This document shows, one piece after another, positions 11,872-24,561 of a DNA stretch of 64,000 nucleotides. Positions within the stretch are counted from its first letter, which is position 1. Each line of letters starts with the position of its first letter. Origin of the DNA: Torpedo marmorata. Taxonomy: Eukaryota. The position numbers and the translations under genes were made by a program. The stretch lies in NCBI GenBank assembly GCA_977017645.1, contig OZ360227.1, positions 113,150,001-113,214,000 of the forward strand, read 5' to 3'. The notes under the pieces are model-generated. The model did no database searches, was not told where the DNA came from, and was given only the letters and a program-made list of their open reading frames with translations.

Positions 11872-14451
11872 CTGAAATATATAGATATCAAATTGAATGT
11901 GGTGATACTTATTAGAGCTAACTAAAATAGAAATTCTTCTATTGCCTTTTATTTCACTCAACTCTCAAAATTATCTAAAATTTAATATTGTGGGTGTAGA
12001 TTTTAACTTTCAATAAAAGATGGGCTGAGATCAGGTTAGAAGTTAAGATTTTACAGATAGAACATGGAAATAAGTCTATGGAACAAATTCCCAGGTATGA
12101 TTCATTCTGCACTACTGTATAGTGACGAATGATTTAGACTTCAGCCACAAACTTGCATTGATTTTGTCTTACTGTTGCTTCACTTACACTAAGGCTTCAT
12201 AATAAGAAAACTCATGTATTTGTGCATTTGACGTATAACTGATGCAATGGTAGAATAAAATCAATCATTTAACCACAGCTTTATCAGTTATTCAGACTTC
12301 CGTCTGCATTCAATTCATTCCATTTTAAATCAATAAGTCAAGAAAGGGCGTATTTCCCTAACGTCGCCTTTTATGAGCAAGACAACAGTAACCAAATCTG
12401 TTTGACATTGATCTTAAAGCTGCAGCGGAATATATTTATGAAATCATAGAAGAACCCAATTTAGAATATACAACTGCAGCTATATAATCCTGTAATATAG
12501 GACATCTTGCATTTAAGTACCAATTTTAGTGCAGCAATTGTATTAAGGTTTTGAAGAGTAATTATCTCCATTGAACCGGATGAGATAACATAACACTTAG
12601 TCAAGGATATAGGTTCTCAGGGAGAGAAGAGAGTATGATTTAGGGAGAATTTACAGTTGTCTCCAAAGGCCTCCAACAATGAATTAGAGAAAGTAGGTAA
12701 TGTGTAAAAAAAAAACAGAATTGAAAGACTTTGCTGCAAGTTGGACAGAACCAGTGCCTCAATGTTACTGGGTTTCGATATTTTAGATGACATGCAGAGG
12801 GGGTTAAAAGAGATGGAGCGGTTGCATTACTAATCAGGGAGAATTCCATAGCTGCATTTAGAGAGAACATATGGTGGTCTCATTCACTGAGGCAGTATGG
12901 GAAGAGAGAAATAAAAAAAGTACAATCTCTCTGATAGGGTTATACCATTGGTCTCCCAATAGCCACTGAGAGATGGGGGAACAGATATGATGGACAGATT
13001 ATGGAAAGGTTCAAAAATAAATGGGTTGTTTGGAAAGGCATGGTCAGATTAGATGTAGTCAGCAGGCTTTGAGCAGGGCAAATCATTTCTTACAAATTTG
13101 ATTGAGTTTTTTGAAGAGGTGACAAAGGTAGCTGCAGTGGATGTTGTCTACATGGACTTCGGAAGGCATTTGACAAGGTCCCTCATGGTAGACTGATCTA
13201 GAAGGTGTGTATGGGATTCAAGGTGAATTGATAGTTTGGATTCAGAATTGTCTGGCCCATAGAAGATAGAGAGTAGTATTGGAAGAGTGTTATTCCCGCA
13301 GGAGGCCCATGTCCAGTGATGTTCCACAGGGACCCCTAGTTTGTTGTATATGTAAATTTCTTAGATGTTAAAGTCGGTGGGTGGGTTAGTAAGGTTGCAG
13401 ATAACACAAAGATTGGTTGAGCTATAGTCAGTGTAGGGGGCTATCAAAACTACAGCAGGGGATAGATCATTTACAGTTATGGGCAGGGATAAGGCAGATG
13501 GAGTTTAATCCAGACAAGTGTGAGATGCAGCATTTTGGGAGGTCAAATGGAAGGGGAACATATGCAGTTAATACAGTGGCGGATTAACTACCACCCGGGA
13601 CCCTAGGCTGAATTTTAGTAAGGCTCCCCAAGGTCGGCATCATGGGGGGGGAGCATTTACGGGCCATGCCCCAACTCACCTCCTTCCAACCCCCTCTCTC
13701 TCTCTCTCTCTCTCACACTCACTTGGAGTTGCGCGTTCCACAGCTTGTTGGCTGGTTTAGAGGAATTTTTACAGACTCCGTAAAGTTAAGGACAAATCGG
13801 TGCGTTGTGGTGGTAAATTTAATTTTGGAAGAAAGTAGGGAGGGCGGGGGGAGGGGGAATGACTTTTAATCGGTTGTAGTTCCAACGCTTGTGTGTTTTA
13901 AATTGAAGATTCAGCTATTTAAATTGAAGCTTATACCCACTCTCATCATAAGATGATTTTGTGTGGATGTGGGTCATGTCAGTTTCAATCTTTAAAGCTG
14001 TTCTATGCTTTACCACTCTTTTGGGTTAGTATTGCAATTTCACTGTTAATTTTGGAGAGAATGGGTGAATTAATTCTAAATGCACACTCTCTTCCCCTCA
14101 CCCTCACTCTCTCGTTGACGCCATTGTTCTCCGTGGACGCTGCCCGAGCCACGAGGCCCCTCTAGCTTTTCCCAGACAGCTGGACTGCCTGTGTTCCCCC
14201 TCCCTGCCCGCCCATCGGCCGCTCACCTTGATCCACAGCTCATTGGCCGCTCCGCTCAGATCCACCATGACGAGCGGAGAACCTCTGACCCCGTACAGCA
14301 CGCCCCCTTCCGGCTGCCAGTGGAAGCACAGAGGATCCTCAACGCAAACCGCCGCGCGGGGAAGATCCTTCGGCCCGCCGTATTCGTGCTGTCTGAAGAC
14401 CACATTCTGCACTGTATGGTCTTCCATCTCATTTCAAGAGTTTATCTAACT

Positions 14452-17030
14452 TTCTTTTTTTGTAAATTAATTAAACTAATTAATCTAGCTATAATATCTT
14501 TTGAATATCTATTCTTAATAAAACCAGCTTGATCTACATGAATTAAATCTCGTAAATAATTGGCCATTCTATTAGCTAAAATTTTTGCCATTATCTTATA
14601 ATCTACATTTAACAATGAAATAGGTCTATATGACTCAGTTTTCAATACATCTCTATCTTTTTTTGGTATAACTGTAATTATTGCATTTAAAAATGTATCC
14701 GGTAGTGAATGGGTTTCCGTAATTTGATTTAATACATCCATTACCATTAGTATTAACGTTAGATGCCGAAAAGGCTTTTGATAGACTAGAGTGGAATTTT
14801 TTATTTAAGGTGTTGGAGAAATTTGGTTTTGGAATTACGTTTATTAATTGGATTAAAACTATATATAAAGAACCAACTGCTAAGGTGACTACAAATGGAC
14901 AGATTTCTTCAAGATTTCCTTTGACTCGATCTACTAGACAAGGATGTCCTTTGTCACCAGCGTTATTTATTTTGGCGATAGAACCTTTGGCAGAATTAGT
15001 TAGAAAAGATCCTAAAATAGTTGGTATTAAAGTTGGAATGGAAGAACATAAAATTAGTTTATTTGCAGATGATGTATTGATATATATGACAAAATCTACT
15101 ACATCTTTAGTACAACTGTCTGTGTTATTGAGAGAATATGGGGAAATATCAGGATATAAAATTAATTCTGATAAAAGTGAAATTATGGCATTATCACAAG
15201 GGGATTATAGTAAATGTAAAGAAATTACACAATTTAAATGGGCAAAGGAAGGAATTAAATATTTGGGAATAAGGATTGACACAAAACTGGCTAATTTATA
15301 TAAATTAAATTATTTACCATTATTTGTGAAAATAAAAAAGGATTTAGAAAATTGGAAAGATTTACCTATAACTTTAATGGGAAGAGTAAATTGTATTAAA
15401 ATGAATGTTTTTCCAAGAATTCAATATCTTTTTCAATCAATTCCTTATGAAATTCCTCAAAAATTTTTCAAAGATTTAAATTCAATTATTAGAAAATTTT
15501 TATGGAAAGGAAAGTTAGCAAGAGTAGGTATGGAAAAATTAACTTGGAATTATGAAATGGGTGGTTTACAACTTCCTAATTTCCAAAATTATTATAAAGC
15601 AGCTCAATTAAAATTTGTTAATGAATTTTTTGATTCAACTAAATTTTCTGCTTGGATTAAAATAGAATTAAATAATATAGGAGAAGATTCTAAAGAAGAG
15701 GTTATTTATAAATGGGACTCTAAATTAATATCAACAAGAAAGAAAAATTCTCCTATTCTTAAACATTTGTTAGAAATATGGAATAAGACGGATAAGGAAA
15801 TAGGAGGAAAAGGATTGATTTCTTCAAGGATGCCTTTATATCAAAATGGACTTATTCCATTTACTATTAATAATCAATTATTTAAAATTTGGTTTCAAAA
15901 AGGAATTAAGAAAATAAATGATTGTTTTGAAGCTGGGAAATTTATTTCTTTTCAAAGAATGAAAGATAAATTTAATATATTAGATAATACACTTTTTGCT
16001 TATTATCAAATTAGAGCTTTTTTGATTGAGAAATTAGGTAATGCTTTGATTTTACCAAGACAGAATGAACTAGAATTATTAGTTACTAAAGAAGATGTAA
16101 ACAAATTTATTTCTCAAATGTATAAATTGTTTCAGAGGAAAACTCCTAAAGTAGGAATTCATAAATCAAGATTAAAATGGGAATCAGATTTGAATGTAAT
16201 AATAGATGAAAATCATTGGAAGGAATTATGTAAATTAAGTATGACGAAGATTATTAATGTTAGATATAGATTAGTACAATACAACTTTTTTCATCAATTA
16301 TATTTAACACCTAAAAAATTAAAGAAATTTAACCCGACATTATCAGATTTATGTTTCAGATGTAAAAAAGAGGAAGGTTCTTTTGTACATTCTACATGGT
16401 TTTGTCCAAAAGTTTATGATTTTTGGTTGAAAGTTAAAATTTTTTTAGATAAAGTATTTAAGATTATATTTCCGATGGATCCTATGATATTTTTGTTTGG
16501 AGATCTTAAAAAATTTCGTATTAAGATGAAATTAAATATGTATCAAATAGAATTTTTGCGAATTGCTTTAGCTGTTTCAAAGAAATGCATTGCTATTACT
16601 TGGAAATCTGATGTTGATTTAGGGCTAGAAAGATGGCATGCAGAACTTCGTTCATGTATACCACTTGAAAAAATTACTTATAATTTACGAAATAAATATC
16701 ATTTCTTTTTGAAAATATGGAGCCCTTATATGAAAACTGTTGGATTAAGGATTTGAAGATCTCTGGACATTGGATCTACTGGCTACCAAACCTCCATAAT
16801 AAAATTAGTTTATAGATGTATTTATTAGATTGACATTCTCCTTACTTTATCTTTTTCTTCTTTATTTCTTTCTTTTTTTATATTTTATTAGATTAGTGGG
16901 GTTGGGAGGGTTGGGGAGGGGAGGGTGGGAGGGGGGTGAAAATGTATCACAAGTATTTTTGACAATTTTATATTTTATTCTATGTATTTTGTGATTTAAA
17001 ATTTTAAATAAAATATATATATAAAAAAAA
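14452..17030 (+). mobile_element. Young L1 with 5' inversion (14452-~14745 on - strand; body on + strand with an intact 648-aa ORF2 C-terminal half)
   Basis: ORF 14810-16756 (RQGCPLSP, LFADDV, CFRC...H...C); poly-A at ~17023-17030; 16-bp TSD aagagtttatctaact at 14436-14451 and 17029-17044. Confidence 0.95.
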
Positions 17031-17044
17031 GAGTTTATCTAACT

Positions 17045-17205
17045 CAGTGGTTCTCAACATTTTTCCACTCACATACCACCTTAAATAATCCCTTACTAAC
17101 CACAGAGCACCTGTGACATCCTATGCCATAGAATAGATGCTCTGTGGTTAGTAAGGGATTATTTAGGTGGTATGTGAGTGGAAAAATAAAGGGTGAGAAC
17201 CACTG
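17045..17205. mobile_element. Palindromic hAT/Charlie-type MITE inside composite hAT copy 1
   Basis: TIR cagtggttctca; internal palindrome; TSD atctaact/atctaaat; the equivalent copy is at 30614-30767. Confidence 0.85.
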
Positions 17206-18490
17206 ATCTAAATACATCTGACACAGAGAAAGATCCTGCCTCCACCAGCTCGTCCAGAAGCCAACAGTGGAGCACCTTCCAACATAGTCCTCTTATCCAC
17301 GCTGCTTACACTGTCAACGGCCCGGGTGGCAATAGCCCAGTGTGGAGAGGGGTGCATGAGGAGGGGAGGGGTTGGGCCAGTAGTGGGTTGCCTTTTTGCC
17401 GGTAGTAGTTTGTAAATGCATGCATGATGAGCCGAGCTCTGCAGCAGGAGGCAGACGCCGCAGACCTCAGGCTCAGACTTGCGCGTACTTTTTGCAAACG
17501 CGCGGCATGAGCATTGATTGAGCGACTAGAGAAGTATGACTACAATAATATGTATAATGTTGTACTTAGTACTAGTAGATAACATAACATGCATAATAAA
17601 ATATCATGAAGACAAGTTATATGAATCAATTATAACAGACCTTTTATTCCATATGATAGAATTATTAAACCATAACACTACTACAGCACATAAAACAGGC
17701 ATGATAGAACCATTAAATCATAGAACGAACACCACAGCTAACAGCACAGAAAGGCCATGATAGAACCATAGATAGAACCATTAGGGCAGCAAAAGCATGG
17801 GGACACCAGCAGTGGTCAGTGGACGTTGTAAAACAACAAGCCACACACAATTTGACTTGAAATACCCCCACCTTTCAACCATTCAGCGACCATTGCAATT
17901 TGCAAAGTCTGGGTACAATACAATTTCCAGACACTGTTCTGTTGTTCATAATTTAAACAACATAAATAAAATAATTAAAGTGATCACTTACTCCGATCCC
18001 GTGGCTGGCAGTCTGGCAGAGAGTCCAATTGAATCAGTTGTCCCTGACTTTTCTGTGAGCGACGCTGGCGCTACATGCATGATGAGTCGAGCTCTGCAGC
18101 AGGAGGCAGATGCCACAGACCTCAGGCTCAGACTTGCACGCGCTTTTTTCAAACGTGCAGCGTGAGCATTGATTGACAGGTAACATTGGGACCGTATATA
18201 ATTAAATAACAAACTGCTGCCTGCCTGCTGGTGCTGGTGAGCAAATAGCACCTGTGACTGTGTGGATCGCAATAGGGGGACACATCATACACGATTAACT
18301 TATTTTGTTAGTGATTTATTATCCATCACAAATCAGTCACATCATGCTGTGTCTTTGCTGCCCAGATTATTTAGATGGTGTTGAGGTGTTCACTTGGTTT
18401 ATGGAAAAGTGAGTGACTTGTTGTTGGGGCGGGGGCGTCGGGCGTATGCTGGAATATAACAAGGAAGAGTTTAGGAGCCCGGGCCCCCTC

Positions 18491-19159
18491 GAGTCCCGAC
18501 GAGCACGACACACCACCCGGGCCCGCAGCAGGCACCGAACTACCTATGTAACCTATCCCCGAAGTGGCACTGGTAGTTCAGTGCCTCAGCTGCCGGCCTG
18601 GGTCGTGTCGTGCTCGTTGAGACTCCCAAAATCCTCCACCTCCCCAACCACCAAACTATTAGAATTTTAACGTCTCTCCGACCGAATTGGACGTTAAAAA
18701 TCTAATAGTTTGGTGGTGGGAGGAACTGAGGAAGGTGGAGGATTGGGGAGTGGGTGCCGGATTGCCGGTGAGGGTTGAACTTTTAAAGCAGCTCGCCCAG
18801 AGCACCCAGAGCCTGAGTCGAGGCAGACAGTTAGTTAAGTAAGTGGCACTCTTGTTGTGGGCGCGGCGCTGCTGGGCTGGGTCACTGGGTGATACTGAGA
18901 GGCCACCTATCTGTGAGCTCAGTGAGGTGGCCTCTCGGTCAATCACAGCGGTGCCCACCAGAGTGCCACTTAAGTGTCTGCCTCCGGGCACTCTCTGGGG
19001 TGAGGCGAGCTGCTTTTCAACCCGGGCCCCCCCCCCCCCCCCAATCATCCTCGATTCCTCCACCTTCCCACCAAACTATTAGATTTTTAACATCCAATTC
19101 GGTCGGAGTCCGACCAATTGGACGTTAAAAATCTAATAGTTTGGTGGGAAGGTGGAGGA
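18491..19159. repeat. GC-rich array of long imperfect palindromes
   Basis: Hairpins at 18491-18625, 18623-18750, 18772-19023 and 19056-19159, with arms paired by eye. Confidence 0.9.
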
Positions 19160-19769
19160 TCATCCATTCGCAATCATCGCACACACGGGACACGTCACAC
19201 ACCACAATTCCGCAAAAAACGCAAATCTTCATCATGATGCCGCCGGCCCGCCGCCACCGGCTCCCAGAAACCACAGCGCGCGCGTCACCCCGGCAATGGC
19301 ACGATGCCGACTCGGTCCACGCCCACACTACTGCCGGCTTCTTCCGCGAAGGCGCAGACGCAGTAAGTAGAGACCAAGCAGCAGGCGCCTACCCTTAACT
19401 GAGTAGGCGCTGAAGCCTAGGGGCTCGGGCCCCCTTACCCTCCAGGCCCCTTGGTTTCAGCCTACTTAGCCTAATGGTTAATCCGCCACTGAGTTAATAG
19501 CAGGGACTTTTAAAGGCATTGATGTGCAGAGGGATCTGGGGGTTCAGATTCATAGACCTTTGAAAATGGCCACAAAAGTAGACTGGGTGGTAAAGAAGAC
19601 TTATGGTACGCTTGGCTTCATTGGCCAGGGATAGTGTATAAAATAACAAAGTCATGTTGCTGCTACATAAAATTTGGTTAGGACACACTTGCAGTATTCT
19701 GGTTTCCCCAAGAAAGGAAGATGTGGAGGTTTTAGAAAGGGTGTAGAAGAGATTTACCAGGATGTTTAG

Positions 19770-19925
19770 GAGTCACACAGAAGACTGCAGATGTTGGAAT
19801 CTGAATCACACTCTGCTGGAGGAACTCAGCGTGTCAAGCAGCATCAGTGGGAGAAAAGGAATAGTCGGCCTTTTGAGCCAACACCCTCATCGAGAGTGGG
19901 GAATGTAGTATAGGAGTAGAGAAAT
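19770..19925 (-). mobile_element. Short PLE-type tail fragment
   Basis: gactgcagatgttggaatctg...tgctggaggaactcagc, homologous to the other PLE tails. Confidence 0.65.
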
Positions 19926-20889
19926 GTAGCAGGATGTTGCTTGAATTGGAGAGTATGAGGTAAAAGGAGAGGTTGGACAAACTTAGGTTGTTTTCTCTGG
20001 AGTGCTGGATTTATGAGAGGCATTGATAGGGGAGACAATCAGTATAGATTTCCCAGGGGAAAAATGTCACATACTAGAGGACACAAGTTTAAGGTGGGGG
20101 GAAGGGATAATTTAGAGATGTGCCCAGCATTTTTTTTACATAGAGAATGGTAGGTGACTGGAACGAGCTGCCAGGGGTAGCTTTAAAAAGGGAAGGGAAG
20201 TTGTAGGTCGTTTCTTGACACAAGAAGCAGTAAAGAGAGATTTTTATTTTTAAAAATAGGATGATGAATGTCGTTTTAAGTGGGAGGCGGAACCATTAAC
20301 AATCTAAACCAGAGGCAACAAGAAAGGATTTTGCAGGGTCAGCAGTTGAATAAGACAAAGCACAAAGTTTTAGGTAGAAAAAATATGACTGCAAACAGGA
20401 TTTTCAGAATGTATAGAAAATAATTCTCTTTAATAAAATATTCTAAATGCAAAATGCTGTTCAGTTCATGCATTGTGTGTGGTTTTGACTTCTGTATCAA
20501 ATGAAGGATGCAGTCATCCTGGAATCAGCGCAAGTAAATTCACTTGATTGATTCTGGAGATGTAGTGCTGTACTATGAGAAGTTGAATAAGAATGCTTTT
20601 ACTCACTGGAGATGAGAAAAATGAGAAGCAATTTCACAGAGACACACAATATTCTATGGGAGATTGATAATTTAGGAATTGAAAGATTGTTTTCTCCTGT
20701 TGGATATCATCACTTTAGACTTAAGTGAGTAGAATTCTTTTTAAGTTGTAAATCTTTGAAATTCTCATCTGTTTGCTTAGTCGTTGGTATCGTGAAGGTG
20801 AGATCAATATATTTTTGGATCCAAAGAAAATCAGAGGATCTGGGAACTGCTTGGAAAAATATATATGGCATAGGGTTAATATTAATCTG

Positions 20890-21140
20890 GAGACACACAG
20901 AGAGACTACAAATATTGGAAAGTGGGGCAAAAAACAAACTGCCAGAGGAGCTAAGTGGGTCGAACAACATCAATGGGAGTTAAAGAATAGTTGACATTTT
21001 GTGTCGGAACCCTTCATTATGACTGAGAATGCAGAGGGGAGATAGCCAGTATAATGAGGACAGAGTGGGAGGCGCTGGATTGGAGCCAGTAAGGGATTGG
21101 TGAATGAGAGATGAGTAAAGGATGACAGACAGGTGGGGAT
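20890..21140 (-). mobile_element. Short PLE-type tail fragment
   Basis: gagacacacagagagactaca...gacattttgtgtcggaacccttcatta (decayed hammerhead on the - strand). Confidence 0.6.
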
Positions 21141-21159
21141 CATCCTTTCACAGGATATT

Positions 21160-21365
21160 ATGTGTCTCACCGACCAGGATTCAAATCCGCCGATTTCTGT
21201 TAGCAGTTTGTACATTCTCCGCATGACTGCTTAGGTTTCCTATGGGCGTGCCAGTTTCCTCCCACTTTCCAAAGAAGTACAGGGTTAGGAAGTTAATTGG
21301 TCACATGGATGTAATTGGCTCATGGGCCGTAAGGGTCTGTTACCGTGCTGTATCTCTAAATTATT
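21160..21365 (+). mobile_element. V-SINE/HE1-like SINE, partial
   Basis: V-domain gtttgtacattctccgcatgactgc...gtttcctcccac and a CR1-like tail gggccgtaagggtctgttaccgtgctgtatct. Confidence 0.8.
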
Positions 21366-21814
21366 TTGTTTCAAATCTCCAATGAGTATAGGCACTCTTA
21401 CTCAGTCGGATAAATAATAATAATCTAATAATAGTTGAGAAATTCTAAGGGTATATGACCTTTGGCTGCTTTTATTTCTTTGGTTGTTGTAAAATAACCA
21501 AAATCAATCTTTTCATATGGATAAAACAAAATCAAATTGTTGTATATAAAACAGCAAAACTTTTACAGGTTATGGACGAAAAAAATTACCAAATAAAAAT
21601 TTTTTGAAAAAGAACATTACTGAACATTTATCACCAGTGTCACCAAAGAAGGAACTTACCTTAATACATAGTTTTTTTTTTTGTTGGAAGATACTTTAAC
21701 TTGCTTCACAATCAATGAAGAATTTCCAAATGGTAAATGGTGATCAAAATGCATTTCTTAACAATCAACAATCATCTCCTTTTTTGCGCACATGCTGCCA
21801 CTTATAGGGTCTGA

Positions 21815-22075
21815 CAGCCATAAAATATAACAGGCCTTTCTGTCCAACTCATCTATATGGACCAAGTTGGCATCCTGGTCTAGTCCCATTTGCCTACGTT
21901 TGGATCATATCCTTCCTATCCATATCTATCCAAATGTATTTTGAATGATAAAATTGTACCCACTTCCTCTGGCAGTTCTTTCCAGATATGAACTGCCCTC
22001 TAAGGGAAAAGGTTGCCCCTCAAGTTCCACTTAAATCTCTCCCCTCTCACCTAAACATATGCCCTCCAGCTCTGG
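21815..22075 (-). mobile_element. CR1 3' fragment
   Basis: caggcctttctgtccaactc...ttaaatctctcccctctcacc is the reverse complement of the CR1 3' end. Confidence 0.7.
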
Positions 22076-22239
22076 AACCATCTGCTATATATAACTAGTT
22101 ATTTTAATATACATATTTACTACTGCTTTCTTCTTTGGGAAAGATAAAAAACAACCAGATGAATCATTAACATTGTTAATGACATGAACATTGTAAATAT
22201 TATTATCCCAAATGAATGAATGACAAAGCACTCCAGCTG

Positions 22240-22622
22240 CTGCAGGACATTCAGGAGCAGGGTCACAGAATGCAGGAGATCAAAGAACAGGTGTATATTG
22301 AAACAGATCCAATATATGGAAATGCGACCTGACCGTGTTGGAGGTTCGGATCTGGAGCTCGGGTTGCCGATTGTTTGGACTGGACTCTGTGTGGCTGCGG
22401 AGGCTGCGGAAGCGCTGGAGGCGAATCTACGGAGACTCGGTGACTCTGGGGGGACTCTCTTTTGCTTCTCTTTCTCTGACTGAAAGGAATGTTAGAGGCG
22501 CTTAGGCAATTTCTGCCGGTGACGAATCTGTCTGCCTTGCAGCAGGCAAAAAGAAATTTCATGGAATATGACACTGTCTTATTACTATGACAATAAATTG
22601 AATCTTGAATCTTGAATCTTGA
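22240..22622 (+). mobile_element. Short non-autonomous retroelement with a Rex1-like (ttgaatc)n tail
   Basis: Ends gacaataaattgaatcttgaatcttgaatcttg; the 3' ~120 bp are homologous to the tail of the 5S-derived SINE at 24562-24665. Confidence 0.6.
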
Positions 22623-24561
22623 AATAATCCCAGAATCACAAACCACAAGGACATATGACATGTTAGACAGTAACTTGGTATTGAGAATTATCACTAAACT
22701 CAACTCTTCCCTTTTGGATGGAGCTTAAATCAGCATTCACACCATGGTATCAAAGAGAAATTCTGTTATTTTGTCTCAATTTATGACTTAATTTTTGGTA
22801 TCCTCTTTTGCTTCATTTTTTTATCAAGATGAAGAACTGTATTATCAAATTAAACTAAAATGTACAATTTGCCTTATTTGAATGTATATACCATTAAATG
22901 CAAATCAATTTTCATGTATCACCTTTATTCCCCCTTCGTGCATGTCCCAGATAGACAAAACTGTTTAACTGTACATATTTTTTCAAAAGAGAAGTCATTT
23001 TTATTACCATTAACTCCATGTAACCAATTACAGAAAAAACATGTACAAAACATACCGAATAAAGATCCTAGCATAACTTTCCATTGATCAACTCTTGAAA
23101 TGTAGTTCTAATTTAGAAACTTCTAATTAATGCATTCACTTTGGACAAAGCATTACAGAATTTTATTGAAATGCTCTGCAAGTAGGTTTTAATCATTTTG
23201 ACACGTATGTCAACATATCCATATTAAAACCTAATATTTAATATAATTCTAACATCAACATGGATAATTCAAACTACCGGTAAATAATAAAAATATGCCT
23301 TTATCTCAAATATGATCTTCATCCTATGATAACAATTTTTGGCTAACTCCTGACTGACTTGTAGGCCAAATAGCTTCTTTCTCAACTGTGATAATTTTGT
23401 GATTCTATGATTCGGATGGTTTCCTCCAATGTAGAGACATCTATTATGCTCTGTAATTAGTTAAGTTGCCAATAAGCTTCTCATTGCCCTTCCAGTAAAT
23501 CTTCCAAAATCTACAGATTTCACCTTGCAGCCATCAGCAGATCGATCTTATATCTTAATGGATGTAACTTTTCTAAAGTTATAATGAAAATGCAAACCAA
23601 GCTGTCAAACCAATAGATTTACTGCAAAGATAGATTGCTGCAGGACAAAATGTGCCATCCAAGTACACCATTAGGAAAAATATCATGTTGGAAATGAGAA
23701 CTATCAGTGGTCTTTTTTTTGTGTTTACAAACAATAAGCAATATTTGTAGTTCTTGTATTTGACAATCCATTTGTAGCTTTATCTATTTTAGCATCAAGT
23801 TTTCAGTTAGCAATTTCTACTCATCCATTGGATTGTGAATTATTATTAGTGGCTCTCCTCTCCAGGATATATTATCATTATCCTTTTAGCACCAAATTAA
23901 ACCCAATTTTCTCTTTTTCCATTATGTTGAGGAAGACCTGCTCCTTTCTCCTTGGTGACTGTAATTTGCATTTATGTAACACTTGTAGTAATATGTCCCA
24001 GCATGTAAATGCTACTAAGAAAAATTTGCAAGTAACCAAAATTTTGGTCAAAGAGGTAGATTTTATGAATACATTTGAAGTATGAGATTTACAGGAATGG
24101 AGAGATTTAGGGCAAGAATTCTGGAGCCGAAGGCAGCTCAGACATTGTGGAGTGATTAACGTTGAAAACATGCAAGAAGGACATACAGGAAGCATGCAAA
24201 CATTTCAAAAGATTAGAGGTGTGGAAGATATACAGTGATAAGGAGAGTTAACGTCTTGAAAAGGATGAACTTCTTTTAAAAATGCATGTTGCCAGAATTG
24301 CAGTCAACATAGTACCTGATCGTAGGACCGAAAGATAAATGGAATCAGTGTGAATAGGACACGTGTTTTGGATAAGTTTCAGTTTACGAAGGATATAATA
24401 AAGGGTCTAACCCGGGACACACTGGAATAGTTGAGATTACAATTGACAGAGTGATGAATATGCTGAGATATATGCATAGATATAACTGAGATAATTATAC
24501 TCAATGAGCCCTTTCCATGCTATAAACTAACAGCTGCAAATTGTACTGTTTCAAAAGGTAA

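Larger units (their letters stand above)
13574..19491 (+). mobile_element. Non-autonomous composite hAT DNA transposon, copy 1 (Tip100-like TIRs)
   Basis: 15-bp TIR CAGTGGCGGATTAAC...GTTAATCCGCCACTG; perfect 8-bp TSD AGTTAATA at 13566-13573 and 19492-19499; no transposase ORF. Confidence 0.93.
12730..20180 (+). mobile_element. Degenerate CR1 LINE interrupted by the composite hAT (13574-19491) and a PLE tail (~19770-19925)
   Basis: aaggcatttgacaaggtccctcatgg and gttccacaggga motifs; CR1 sequence continues across the AGTTAATA TSD. Confidence 0.85.

Noticed and set aside
14104-14427. ORF conserved between the two hAT copies (MEDHTVQNVVFR...; 30810-31295)
   Set aside because: Its first part overlaps a decayed CR1 3' end, the copies differ by indels, and the copy-2 ORF is a read-through into an L1 fragment. 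No protein family is recognisable.
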